63,896 nt of DNA, filler included, from Octopus bimaculoides (GCF_001194135.2; 5 parts of 5 records of this genome joined end to end with filler, not necessarily neighbours in it), one strand, 5' to 3'; positions 24,031-37,644 are shown, counted from the whole stretch's first letter. Program-made: numbers and translations. The notes: a model not told the origin generated them from the letters alone.

Positions 24031-25558
24031 ATATAGTATATAGTGGGGTGAGTCGAAACACAGTCATTTTTAAGGAACCTTAATTCCACGGTATGCACAG
24101 AGTTTCAAATACTATTTCAAATAAAATATATGAAAATTGGAGTTATATGACGCCCCCGTACTCCTAATTTAGGGTATTTCTATATTAAATACCCTAATTT
24201 TCTATATTAATTATATAATCTCTAACACATATATATGAAATTGCTTATGGATATGAAACATTTGATCATATTTCAATGTAGAAACCTTGTTTAAAACATC
24301 TGATGAGTAAAGATAGCAAACCATTGAGATATTGGTACCCTTCCAACATGGTAAGATTACAATTGTTCAATATGTGCTAAGTGAATGTTTTTTTTAGAAA
24401 ATGTATACATTTGTTAAATGATTTTGTTTTGTTTTTCAGATTATTTCAGAGTTAAATTGTATTATAATTTTACAAAAATACCTACATAAATTTAAAATAA
24501 TAATTTAAGTATATATAATGGTAACTAGAAGTAAGAGCCGAATTCAGCATTTGGATTTCGTGCAGAATTTCCTACGGCAATGACCTCTTCAAAGACAGAT
24601 GTATTCCGACATTATTTATAGATAAGAAAACGTGAAGAACAGATAGCAGAAACTTCACCCAGATCGAAAGAATACTACTGGATTGTTACTGCAGATGTGC
24701 AAACGAAATGGGACAAATTTTGTTTTCTTTATATTGGGTTTGAGGGCATAGCTCTAAAATTGAGAGATTGGTTGAATCAGCTTATAAATTAAACAAAATA
24801 CCTATCAAGCAAAGCGGAGATAGTTTTGATAGAAATTAGATTACATTGGAATGTTTGATATATGCACCTGCACGTGTTATGACAAAAAAAAAAAGATCTG
24901 ACTGTCATAGCCAATACCTTTTCCTTGTCATAGCCAAAAAGTCGAGCATGCTATCAATTTAGTGACAAAAGCTTCTGAATAGGCTAAGAAAATAGGCACA
25001 AATTCATATTACATGTGCAGAAATCAAGACAAAGTTTACCTCACTTTGACTGGAAAAGACAATCGTCATTTAATTAAATAGTAAATACTATTAATGTTTA
25101 TTTTATGGTTTTCATTGTTCATGTATTTCGTTTGAGGTTCGTGCATATTTTTTTTATTGCATATCATAATAGTCATTAAGAATTTCTATTTCTTTTACAT
25201 TGAAACTGCTTTTCTGAATATGAGCTTTTTTTTTTCATTAAAAAAATTAATACAAACTATATAAATAGAGATTCCAATAACTGTTTTTTTCAGGTGGTGA
25301 TAGGGGTTGCATATAATTTATAAAATGTTATATAGGTAATATTTAACTAGTACAAAGTTAATAACATTAAAACAAGTTTACAGTTCCTTACATTTTCAGT
25401 ATTTAAAACACAGAGGTGGGGCCTGTAGCTATGCGAGGAGTAGAGGTGGTCGCATACTTTTTAAAATTTGTTAATTTATTTCTCACACCGAAATGAATAT
25501 CAAGCAATATGTGGAATCGGAATATAGAATTATGACCCCGCCCTACTATATACTGTAT
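24031..25558 (+). mobile_element. Internally deleted DNA transposon with imperfect TIRs; transposase of the 'FDIC-x-C ... PCH-x-Q-x-VE' type (superfamily not assigned)
   Basis: The left end atatagtatatagtggggtgagtc resembles the reverse complement of the right end gaccccgccctactatatactgtat. The ATG at 24518 (MVTRSKS) is followed by KTDVFRHYL, VTADVQTKWDK and MFDICTC, then directly by the C-terminal FPCHSQKVEHAINLVTKAS. Confidence 0.7.
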
Positions 25559-25882
25559 GGGTGAAGGCACGTGGCTTAGTGGTTAGGGGTATTCAGCTCG
25601 CGTTCGTAAGGTTGTGAGTTCAATTCTCGGCGACGTGTTGTGTCCTTGAGCAAGACACTTTATTTCACGTTACTCCAGTTTAGCCAGCTGGCAAAATGAA
25701 TATTTCCTGTGTTCCAAAGTGTCAGCCTTGTTACATTTTGTGTAACTGAATCTCACCGAGAACTGCGTTAAGGGTATGAGTGATTGTGGAGTGCTAAACC
25801 ACTTGCACGTTAATTTCACGAGCATGCTTTTATATCAATCAGATCAACTGGAACACTCGTCGTCGTAACCGACGGAGTGCCA
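25557..25882 (+). mobile_element. SINE family C (tRNA head, central gtgtccttgagcaagacact domain, RTE-like tail)
   Basis: Has A-box (TGGCTTAGTGG) and B-box (GAGTTCAATTC) like motifs. The tail is homologous to the reverse copy at 50905-51290. Confidence 0.85.
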
Positions 25883-26370
25883 TATTATATGGATTGTGTT
25901 ATATTAATGGTTAGCATCAATTAAGAATGAGAGTTGTGTGAGTTGTTGGTGCTATATCGCTGAACGTCAGTATATAAGTGTGTGTGTGTGTGTGTGTGTA
26001 TCTTATTCTTTTATTAGGTGATAACTGCGTACAGTATGTTGTTTTATTTGGTCTGTTAGTTATCCTGTATAGTATGTGTTGTGTGGGCTGTGGTATTTTA
26101 TTGGGTGGTTATTGTATAAGGGGTGTGCTGTGTGCAGAAAGAGTTCTGTTCTTTCTCATAAGTCTTATATGAAACGACGGTTTCTTTATTCTTTACAGTT
26201 AATTAGACTTCTTTCTACCAGTTGACGTTTTTAAGTGTAACCAATAAATTTACGCATAAATGTTGAAGAATACCTAATTTCAATTGGAACTGAAATCGAT
26301 ACCTTCTGCTTGAAATTGCAGCGCTAAAATTACCCAAATATCTTAGAAAAGGGAAACGATATGTGTGTGT

Positions 26371-26372
<2 letters not shown>

Positions 26373-26457
<85 letters not shown>
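26373..26457. repeat. (GA)n microsatellite
   Basis: Read directly from the sequence. Confidence 0.98.
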
Positions 26458-26461
<4 letters not shown>

Positions 26462-28314
26462 AATAAATACATAAAAAAACAGAAAGAAAAGGAGTTGAAT
26501 GAAAATAAATAGAATATTGTAAGAGAAAGAAAGTGTGTTTGAGAGAAAGAGGGGAAAGAAATAATAATTCAAAGAGAGAAAAAAAGAAATCTCAAGTGAT
26601 GATAAGACATAAAGAGAAGCAGAAGAAAAGAAATAGAAGAGTGATTGACTGTGTGAAAAAGAGAGAGTAACTGAAAAGGTAAGGAATAAATAGTGTGCTA
26701 GATATATTGAGATAGAGATAAGAAATGAGAGAAAGGTGGGAGGAATAAATATGAAAAGAAAGAGAAGATATGAAAGAAAAGAGAATAAGAAAGACTCGGG
26801 TTTCTTTGTATGTTAATCACAATTTCTCTATGAATAGACTGGTTGAGTTACTCGCAAGAGAGAAGAACGCAATCAATCAAACAGTGAATAAACAATAAAT
26901 AAATAATGCTAATTGTTAATAATTATAAGGTTAATAAATTAATAGTAATTAGAAATAGTTTGGCAAAGCGCCCAATGAACAAAAGTCAAGAAGAGGGTTC
27001 GATTTCCGATTAAAGACAATTCACTTTATTAACATTGTGGAAGGTAGAAACGCCAAACATTATTATTGTGGGCTTGAACTGAATTTAAAAAGAAAAAAAA
27101 AATGAAAAATTAGGAATAAACTAGTGGAATGTAATCTGCCTCGTCAATAAAATCTTCGATGTTTTCTTTTTCCGGTTGTAGTTATTTCAATTCATTTATA
27201 TCAATATTGTCTTTCCGATTTCATGTTCTTTAAAACGTAAGACCCAATATTAGGGGACGGTTGATTCATTCATAATATATTGAAATTCCGACTTTAGAGC
27301 AAAGCAGGTAATCGATTAAATCGATCAGTGTTCGACTACTATTTACTTTACATTGTCTGGAAGTATGAATGGTAAAGCATAGGAAGTATGTACCAAAAGA
27401 AATCGGACTTTTAAGACTGTAAGCCAAGTAGCTGGCGCATCGTGCACATGACTGTCGTGCTGTATAGGGGTGACGACTTTGATCTTTAGTTTAAGAATAA
27501 CTACATCACGCCATATCATTAAGTCATTGTTAGTTATCTTCGGAATCGGTAGAGCAACGGACCAAATTTCTTACAGTATTTAATTACGTGCCGTAACATC
27601 AGTCAAGTATCGGGCTCAAATAATATCCTCTTATACTCAGATAAATGCTCTTCATTATATTCAGAAACCCTCAAATTTGTGAATCCGTCGAGCCTTTATT
27701 TAATTTTGTTTACGTGGCTGAGATACAAATATTTCCCCGGACAAGAAATCATTCTGTTGTAAATAATCTTCCCATTAGCTAAGGAGCCTATTTCTGAATA
27801 TGAGTAAATAGATTAACATTTTCAAAAAGAAACAACGATACGCTTGCAAAATGCTTGGACACAACAGGCCCAGGGTGGTATATGACAGTCTTACTGGTTG
27901 CAAATATTTCACTATTTTTACTTCACTGACTACATAACGCTAGAAAAAGCATGATCGTCACAAACATCTATTAATAGCGTCAATTTATGCTTATATTAGA
28001 AATATTAATTCTTAGTCACATAGGCACAAAGCCAGAATCTTGAGATGAGGAAACAGTCGGTTACATCAACTCCGGTACTTTATTTTATTGACCAAGTTGA
28101 CTTCGGCACGATATCCATTCAGACATAAAGGGCCAGAATTATCTAAAGAAACAATGATAAATGCTGCGACTAAGGGTTGTGGGTTTCCTCAGACTGCTCA
28201 ACAATTAGCGTACTCGGCGTACTTTCAAGTAAATAAGGTAATTTCATGGTCTGAGTTCAAACCACGTCAGCATAGACTTTGCTTTGCTTCAATAAAAATA
28301 TGTAGTTTATGATA

Positions 28315-28516
28315 TTCTTTTCTACTCTAGGCACGAAGCCCGAAATTTTGAGAGGAGAGGGCCAGTCGATTAGATCGACCCCAATACGCAGCTGGTACGA
28401 AAGGATGAAAGGCAAAGTCGACCTCGGCGGAATTTGAACTCAGAACGTAAAGACAGACGAAATACTACTAAGCATTTCGCCCGACGTGCTAACATTTCTG
28501 CCAGCTCGCCGCCTTC
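28315..28516 (-). mobile_element. SINE family B with 15-bp target-site duplication
   Basis: ATGTAGTTTATGATA occurs at 28300-28314 and 28517-28531, flanking the element. Confidence 0.93.
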
Positions 28517-30035
28517 ATGTAGTTTATGATACTGTATCAACTTTGATTTCTAAAATATGTAAGGGTTACAAATCTTTCTAAAATAGAGTTAGCGGGGCTA
28601 CACTTCTTTAAATCAATTCAAGGATACATCTGGTATTATTTTATGAATCCCGTAAGGAAGATAGGAAAATTCAGTTCGGTTGGTGGGGGTGGGGGGACTT
28701 TGCCACTCGTTTTGCTAGAAGTAGCAACCAAAGCTTCCACAAATCCCTCCCCACCGTACTAGAAAAGGATATAGTGTATAACGTGACCTCGGTTTCCTCT
28801 ACACATAGGTAAAAAGCTAACATAACAACAACTGATATTGTCATTATTGAAGTCACGAAAAGAAACAGACTTCCTCTCAGCGCCCCTCATTCTTGGCCAA
28901 GCAGAATTGCTCGGATTTGTTGTTGGAAGGAGAAAGGATACACTTGCAACCGCCTGGATGGAACCCATTACGACTGAGTAGACTGTAATAATTTGAAATG
29001 AAGTACTTTTCTCAAGGACACAATGAACCGCCCGCTTCAGAAATTGAACCTATATTATCATCTTGGAACGAACCCCCTAAGTACTACACCACACATCTTC
29101 ACCAAATCCTTTCAATCACATTTAGAAAAAATTATTGTTTCTCACCTAAACATTCGCAGGAGACAAAAAGTTGTGACGTATATGAATTGTATTGGAAAGG
29201 AATCGTGTACCGAGACGTATTAATTTATTACCCGTAGGTATAAATATACATACGTACGTATATACATACATAACATACAGATATATAGATAAATAGATAG
29301 GCAGCGATGAAAGATAAAGTCAATTTCTGCAGAGAAATGTGACTAAGTATTGTGAAAAATTTAATCTACCCATCTAAATTTACTGTTACCTAATCGTTGT
29401 CGATACCCTTCTACTATTAAGAGAAAAATTAAAGCAACATTTCTTTTGATAAGGTGACCATACAGTTTTCTTTAGGAAGAGTAGTAAGGTTTATTGCATC
29501 GACTCAGTTACCTGACAGGTAATGATTTCGACGAGGAGCGAAGTCAGTTCCGGTGGAATTTGAACTTAAATTTACGGGGACGAAATTACCCAATAACAAA
29601 ACACTCCGGTGGTCTACCGCTTGTGCCACTCCAGCATTTTCGTCTTAGTAATAATATTAACAGCAGCAGTAGCAACAACAACAACAAGATAAATATTAAA
29701 TATCAATAACAATAAAAACAACAATAATAAAACAAAGAAAACGAAAAGCAAAAGCAAAAATGAAAAATTGAAGAGATAAACCGAAGTTGAGAACTGGTGG
29801 TGAAGGTTTGTTGGAAAGAGGATATTATAATTTGTCTTCACTTTCCAGACTAATTATCACGCCTATAAATGTCTTTTAATGACATAATTATGATTGAGTA
29901 TTTGTTCAGCAATTTAATAGAGCAATAGTGACACCATTTCCAGCGCCCAGCTTCCATTGTCCCTGGCGCTGTTTGGTTTCAAAAGATCATTCACACCGAA
30001 AGCTTTTTTCTCTTATAAGAAAGACAGTATTGAAA

Positions 30036-30080
<45 letters not shown>

Positions 30081-30310
30081 TGCCGTTGTCGTTTTTTGTA
30101 GCTGTATGTATATGTGTTTATGTATGTATGTTTTTGTATGAATGAATGTATGTGTACGTTCGTATGTATGTATGTATGTATTCGGTCACTCATTGATTCC
30201 TTATTTATTCACCTCTTTTTTCCCTATGTTTCTTTTTTACTTTCATTCAGATCACTCTTTCCCGATTCAATGCTATCATTCAAAACCGTAAAGAAAAAAA
30301 GTGAGTGAGT

Positions 30311-30354
<44 letters not shown>

Positions 30355-30763
30355 TCTTTCTGCAAATAGTTAGTTGCCTTATAACTTTTGTAGTGTGTTC
30401 GTTGAAATCTGAGCCAACCTTTATTTTCCTTTCTTATTTGACTTACTAAGACTGTGATCAAATCAGTTTTAGTCGCGTCAGGTCATCAGCCAACTTAATG
30501 CATTCCCTCAGAGATAATGGGACCATTTAGTTAGTTAGATATTTAAATATTTAGTTATAAGGTCACTATGATGGTTTAACTCTTCCTTATGTTTCTTATG
30601 TATGTATGATATATTGTATAAATATCTAAATGTATGAAATGAGTTGCAAATATCATATAGTTCTGTGGGCTTAATAAACTCATCTTTCGAGTATATATAT
30701 ATAATGTATTGATCCGTGATAGAAAATTCAACAAAAAAAAGTACTCCGTCTGGTGAGAGATAA

Positions 30764-30955
30764 ATATTATTTATTTAAAGGTCACAATACATGTTTTAAA
30801 GCGCTACTAATAGCTTCATACGTTGAGAGAACTCAAACATATTCTATAATTATGATAGGCTGTTTGTGCCTGTAGAATATGTTTGAGTTCTCTCAACATA
30901 TGAAACTATTAGTAGCGCTTTAATATATGTATTGTGACCTTTAAATAAATAATAT
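30764..30955. repeat. Fold-back (hairpin) element with ~83-bp arms and ~26-nt loop
   Basis: The arms are near-perfect reverse complements, with about 5 mismatches. Confidence 0.9.
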
Positions 30956-30956
30956 A

Positions 30957-31109
30957 GCGGCTGTGTGGTAAGCAACTTGCTTCCCAACCACATGGTTCCG
31001 AGTTCAGTCCCACTGCGTGGCATCTCGGGCAAGTGTCTTCTACTATAGTCTTTGGCCGACCAAAGCCTAGTGAGTGGATTTGGTCGACGGAAACTGAAAG
31101 AAGCCCGTC

Positions 31110-31112
<3 letters not shown>
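30957..31112 (+). mobile_element. SINE family A head, followed by an expanded (TA)n
   Basis: Reads GGCTGTGTGGTAAG (A-box-like), GAGTTCAGTCCC (B-box-like), ctcgggcaagtgtcttc and gaaagaagcccgtcg(ta)n. Confidence 0.92.
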
Positions 31113-31186
<74 letters not shown>

Positions 31187-32251
31187 GTTGCACTCAGGCT
31201 CGCGAGTGTGTGTCTTTTTCCTCCTCTTCCTGTTCTTTTTCTCCACACAAGTGGCTAAACGTCGCTCCACCAGGACAGCAAAAAAAAACAACAACAAAAA
31301 ACAACTACAAATAAACCAAAATAACACGTGTGTACCAAACAAATCTAACAATGCAACTGAACAACCATAAACCGAAAGTCATGTACTCTCTAGTTTCTCT
31401 TTTCTTTATTTGGCACTACGACCATAACACAGAGGGGACACTACAAGGACAGACAGAACATCACAGTGGGGACAAAAAACATAAACCGAATGAAAATGAA
31501 GATGTTATATAATGAAAATGAAATGGTTGCATGGGCCCCACTCTCATGCAGTACCATTTGAACGTTGAATACACTGTTTACAATCGTTTATTTTCCTTTG
31601 TTTTTTCCTTATCATCGTTTTTTCTCTTTTTTTAAAATAAAACAATTTTACTTTTTCTCCTTTTTTCCAATTTTACTATTTTACTTACTTTTTTCCGTTT
31701 TTAGTATTTCATAAAAGGTTCGAGATCTTTCAGTTCCACTATTAGTGGCAATTCACTATACAACAAATTAGCTCAAGCCATACCACATATCCGGGCTGCA
31801 AGCTCGATTCTTCAAGAAGTGACTGTTACAGCGTTAGTCATGTTTTTCAGATGTTGATGTACAATATCCCTTACAGTTACATAGCAAGAGAGCTATGGAC
31901 CGTATGATTCTCATCACTACTTCAAGGGCTTAAGCGACTTAGTGAAACGAAGTTACTTTCAGTAATTAATCAAATTGCCTACATTCGACAGTAATCGGTA
32001 ACGTTTACATAGTTCCTTTTTTTACAATGCACAAAAACCTTAAAATTAGCTTTATGGAAAGAAAAGAATTGTGAGCATATTGGCAGCATTGGTGAAGTAA
32101 AATAGTCATAAGTAGGAACTGATGCCACGTCGTTGTTTCGGCTTGTCTGGATCTTACCTCTAACTCTAATGATCTCGCTAGTACTCTTTCAAACAAATGC
32201 GATTCTCACCATACGCTACATTATACACTACATATATTTCACACACACAAT

Positions 32252-32289
<38 letters not shown>

Positions 32290-32526
32290 CTTCAAATTTT
32301 AGCACAAGGCTACACTTAACGAGAGAGAGGGTAAATCGACTACCCCCCCCCCCCNNNNNNNNNNNNNNNNNNNNNNCCCCCCCCAGTGTCCAATAAGTAC
32401 TTTTTTTATCGACCTCTGAAAGGCAAAGTCAACCTCAGTGGAAGTGGAAATCAGAACGTAAAGATGGAGAAAATGCCGTTAAGCATGTTGCCCGGTGTGC
32501 TAAAGATTCTGCCAGCTCACCGCCTT
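32290..32526 (-). mobile_element. SINE family B, degenerate
   Basis: Ends in ctgccagctcaccgcc, the reverse complement of the family B head. Confidence 0.85.
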
Positions 32527-34164
32527 CATATACATATATATGTGTATGTGAGTGTATAATATATATGTATATATTAATAGGTATAATTATAGATTGTTGT
32601 TCTGTACATCATTATAACCTTGATGAATGAGCTTAGTATTTTTTGCCTTCCATAAAACTGTAGATTTCACCAACTGTTAGTCTAAATATTGAAATGTGCT
32701 TCTTTCAAAGAAAAAGGAATGTTAGCTTGATTAAGAATTGTGTGAATATTACCTTGAGATACACACAATTTGATATTGTAAACCCATCAATTAACTAACC
32801 ATGAACATATTGCTTCAAATAACAATATTTCTATATTGTTAGACGGAGAAGTGTGGTAGAGACGATAGCACGTTTAACTAAATTACTTTCAGCATATAGT
32901 TCATTAATTTCACATTTGTGGTGCAATTCTGTAGAGGACGATTTCGCTTTTTCTTTTTCAACACCGTGGTCGATAAAAATAAGGGAATAAGCAGTAGTCA
33001 CTGCAAGGGCCAAAGTTAATCAATTATACGCTGCTTCCTTCAGATTTGCGACCTCGCGCCAATGTGAGAAAATCAACATATTTATATTATTGATTCACCA
33101 TCTACAATAGTCAAAGTGAATATATCTTCTTTGAAGTCACTAGAAATTCGACAAGAAAATAAATAAGATCTGACCTTCTATTTCTGAAGGCATACTTATC
33201 TTGATCAAATAAAATACTTCAAAATAAAATATATGAGAACAAAGCTAAATCTATGCTTTACAAATGAAATTTTAATGATAATTTTCCTCACCATGCAGTT
33301 GAATCACTGCAATCTGATTTGTTATTTAGCATCTATTTAGAAGCCATACGCCTCACATTGGATATAACTTCATCTATAATATCAGAAGTCATAATCATCA
33401 TAGATTTTTTTTCACCAAAGCTTTGAACTTTAAATAAAATATTACTCAATTTCAACGTAGATATTCGTATTCAATATTTATTTTATTAAAAAATAGGACG
33501 CGATTGAACTCACTGAAGTCATTGGAAGTGCAAGACAACAACCAGCAATATATGATAAAATACTTAAATCTTTATTTAACTAGCTCGACGTTGGAATATT
33601 GTATTTATTTTATTATATGAATTCAGTTACTGAAGACATTTTATTGAGGTGTTCAGAAAGGTTAGGTTAGTGTTACCATGTTTATAAATTTCAACATGGA
33701 TAATGGTTTCCAAAAGTTCAGTGAATTCTTCCTTCTAAGAAGGTTCATAGATTAAGAAAGAAAGAATAAACAGGTAGTTTTATATAATACAAGGCCTCGT
33801 TAAGGTAGCTGTTTGGTGCTGTTGATAAGATTACTGGCATTGATATTCATTCTTTTCATGCATCCCGCTCTTGGGTTCGAATCATGCTGAAGCTAAAAAT
33901 TAATTGCAAGGCAATTATCGACTCCTGCTTTGAACGAAATATATATGTCTCTTCTACTCAATGTGAAAATAAACTTGACTCAGCTTGGCTCAGGATGAGC
34001 ATAATACATTTCACATATCTAAAGTTTAAAATGATAAAATATCGTTGGCAAATAAAAATAGTAGCTCTAGTGATGCGCTCACAATGTATCACTTCACTGT
34101 TAGTTACAAATTCAATTCAAAATCTTAGAAATTTACTTAACTATTTCAGCATCATCTTGTAAAG

Positions 34165-35115
34165 TTTTAGAAAGTAAAATAGAAAACACATAAATACGAT
34201 GTTCGACCTTGTTGGACAAATGAATAAGGTCCGAAATTTTTTCTATGTTGTCGGGCTTCACATGGAGTAGAATCTCTAGGCTTATCCCGAACTAGTTCTC
34301 TCTGCTGCATCATTTGACCTGTAGGAGTGTCTAAGGGTCCTTTAAGACAACGCAGGCCATGATCTACCAGATGTTCACACCAGGTGGAACAACCGATATC
34401 CTTAGCCTGACAGTTCTTAAGAGGTACATCGGATACATAACACACTCCTCACTCCAACGGGATGTCACATAGAGGTCCTCTTGAAAAGTAAGATGCGAGT
34501 CTTTACTTTGAAGAGAATCTCGATACTAGCAAACTGCCTTTCTCTTTGTACGTGAGTCACATCTTTTACAATATCCCTCAGAGCTTTCTCCACTTGACTG
34601 ATTGTAGCCAGTTTGTCTCACTTGCTCCTTAGTGAGACACATCTGTAATGGACTGGTTTCTTTATTGTTTTGCTCGTTCTGCCATGATTTCAGGAAGCAC
34701 TATTAATACTGCAGCTTACCCCTTTTCAAATTTAATAATCGAGGTGGGGTATGGTGGAGTGGGGGTGATGTTGCTGCTGCTGATTTTTTCCTGCGATACT
34801 GACAGCTTCTAGTAGTCCGACATGTTGTTGTTGTTGTTGATGCTGTTGTTGTTGATGCTGTTGCTGTTGCAACTGTTCTCTCCGTTCAGCTCATAGGCAT
34901 TTAGTGGAGTGAGCGATGAAAGAGGAGGAAAGTCTTCAGTTGTTGGAGTGGTGGGAAAAACGGTTCTCCACCTCGATGCTCTCATACTGGAAGTTACTGA
35001 CGCCATCTTGTATAAGGAATTTTTAAAGCTAGCAGAGCGTCTCTTGGAAAGCAAAATATTACGGGGCAAAATAACCACACAGCACTATTCAAAAGATTCC
35101 TGGTGCTCTTAATAA
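34165..35115 (-). mobile_element. 5' end and ORF1 fragment of a LINE (L1/Tx1-like), degenerate
   Basis: Starts CAAGATGGCG (MASVTSS...). Downstream frames ISQVEKALRDIVKDVTHVQRERQFASIEILFK and YPMYLLRTVRLRISVVPPGVNIW align by eye with the ORF1 at 40688-41116. Confidence 0.6.
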
Positions 35116-35264
35116 CAAGTTATAACAAAAATTTTACACAAAAAATTATACGAAACGGGTGAAAACAATGATTTTAACAAGATTTAGGCAGCGTGTTTGA
35201 AGATACGACTGACGTATTCCGCATCAAATATGACAGCAACAACAACAACAACAATAATAATATT

Positions 35265-35455
35265 GATGATTTCAAATTTTGGCTCAAGGCCAGTAATTTC
35301 GGGGGAGTGTTTAAGTCGATGACATTGGTCCCAGTGTTCAACTGTACTTATTTTATCGACACTGAAAAAACGAAAGGCAGAGTTGACCGCGGCGGAGTGT
35401 TTGAACCCAGAACATAAAGTCGGACAAGACGCCAGGCATGCTAACACTGCCTTGA
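35265..35455 (-). mobile_element. SINE family B, degenerate
   Basis: Contains aaattttggctcaaggcc...aaaggcagagttgacc..ggcggag..tgaacccagaac. Confidence 0.7.
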
Positions 35456-36783
35456 ACAACAACAACAACAACAACAACAATCAGTAGCAGAAGAGAATTT
35501 GAAATCAGTGTCAATGGAAAATTCTTGTGCATTGTAACATAGTATAATTTCCTCTAAGTGCTGTAATCTATAGTTTTTTAGATTATAAAACTTGAGATGG
35601 TGTGAATTGTTGGAAACAAATTAGGAAGAGAGTGTTCATCATTCATTCAGCTCTCCATGATGAGCAGAGAGGGAACAGGGAATATTTCCTAATCTTGGTA
35701 AGGTTGACAGAAGTACGACTTCCCTAATGTGATGAAATTTTAAAATAAAATGTTGTTTAACCACAGGTCAAACCTGATCAATCAAAACTATGATCAAGGA
35801 CGTTCCTGTAATGATGATACGTCTTTTTCTCCAGATATATTGTTTCAAACAATATCATTCAATGTATCTTTTACATTTTTTTAAAGACGGTAGGGTGTTA
35901 TTTGAGGGATATAGCTTCTATTTCAAGTGTGGTGAGATGAGACTCCATCATGGCTAACAAAGGAAAATATTGTTTAACATGGTGCTTCACTACTATAAGT
36001 TGGGATAGAAAATAGAAGAACCTCTTGATCTAACATGGTTATTGTAAGATTCGTTTAACGACTTAGTGAATTTCTTTTCTATAAATCCTTTCAAAATATC
36101 ACAGCAACACAATGGAGTTTTTCTAACAGAAGTACAAAAAATTACGGAGGGTAGTAAAATAGGTATTTATATCATTTCTTAACTCCAAAATGAACCGTTA
36201 GCTATATGGGCTAACGTGGATACAGCTACGCAGTGGCTTGACTTGCTGCAAATAGGAGTAAAATGTTCTTCGAATCCGACCCAACTTATTACATTACAAA
36301 ATGTAGGACATACTAGATAATATAGTCGTATATACACAGTCCGAATAAAAAAAAAAGATGTCATGGTCAAGGCTGGAACGCCTTTTATCATAAGTCAGCT
36401 TCATTCGTGTTGAACTGAGGGTTAACAAATAACCATGGCAACCGATAGCTATTTCTATGGAACAGTTTTAATTGGGTATCAAAGAATGCAGACTCGGTTT
36501 GTGGAGAAATATATAAATATTAATTTCTTACATTAGCATGAAGCCATAGATTTATACTGGATCGGCATAATCGATTAAGTCGGTATAATCGATTTAGAGG
36601 CTGGTACCTATTTCATCTACCTCAGAAGGATGAAAGGAAAAGACGGAATTCTATTCATGAAAATGTTAATGGAATAATGTCGTAAATTTGAAGAATTACT
36701 TTGTATTTTACGTTAGAAACTGGATCAACCAACGCAAAACGTAGATGCCTTATCAATGAAACAGGGAAGTAGACGGTAATGTC

Positions 36784-36824
<41 letters not shown>

Positions 36825-36844
36825 CGTGTGTGTGTGCGCGTGCG

Positions 36845-37010
36845 TGTATTTCGTCCGTCTTTACGTTCTGAGTTCAAATTTCGCCGACGTCGACTTTGCC
36901 TTTCATCCTTTCGGGGTCGATAAAATAAGTACCAGCTGTGCACTGGTGTGAATGTAATTGACCTAGCCTCTCCCTCAAAATTACTGACCTTGTGCCAAAA
37001 TGTGAAACCA
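36845..37010 (+). mobile_element. SINE family B lacking its first ~55 nt, preceded by a (GT)n(GC)n tract
   Basis: Reads tatttcgtccgtctttacgttctgagttcaaatttcgccgacgtcgactttgcc... Confidence 0.88.
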
Positions 37011-37644
37011 ATATATGTCTCTTAGTCGACATTATAGTGTGGTTTAAAGAAAATTTAAAGTACTATTATCGCAGGTCAAGCGACCAGGTAGAGGCACCTC
37101 TCTGATAGTGTAATGATGTAGGATAATATGATGCACAATAATGTCACGTGTATTACGACATTAGTGTGTGATATAATAGGAAATGATTTCGTTTAAAGTA
37201 TGTTTATGTATGGGAGGAGTTTCTGATAGGTGTTGAATAATTTATTTCCAAAATGGTGTTATATAATAAAGCATGTCATTGTAGCTTCTATATATGTGTG
37301 TGTATGTGTATATGAGTGCATGTGTAGAAAAGCGTGCATGCGTACGTGCGTTTGCATGTGTGCATGTATTGAAATGAAATAGAAATGAAATCTCTAGATT
37401 TGATTTACCTCAAAATATTTGGTTACCTCGTTAAATGCTCCATTAATAAATTTCTATAAGCGCACAAAGAAATATATAACTGCCAATGGCTACATTTTCT
37501 ATTTACTGTGGAATATAAATTAGAGTAGGATTTTCGAATGACATCTGTTCGTATCCAATTCAGAATATTATTTTAACACCGCCATGTTTTTTTGTGTCAT
37601 GAATAAATCGAATAAATCGATAATGAAAGTGAGATTTACTTAGG

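Noticed and set aside
25557-25640. tRNA-like sequences (also 30957, 47541, 51200-51290)
   Set aside because: They have A and B boxes but no complete cloverleaf and continue into SINE bodies; they are SINE heads, not tRNA genes.
27895-27939. 45-nt minus-strand exon candidate (RYVVSEVKIVKYLQP)
   Set aside because: The donor (CCA|GTAAGA) is only moderate and there is no independent support.
36785-36847. (GT)n(GC)n potential Z-DNA tract
   Set aside because: It is real but ordinary in this microsatellite-rich genome, with no evidence of function.
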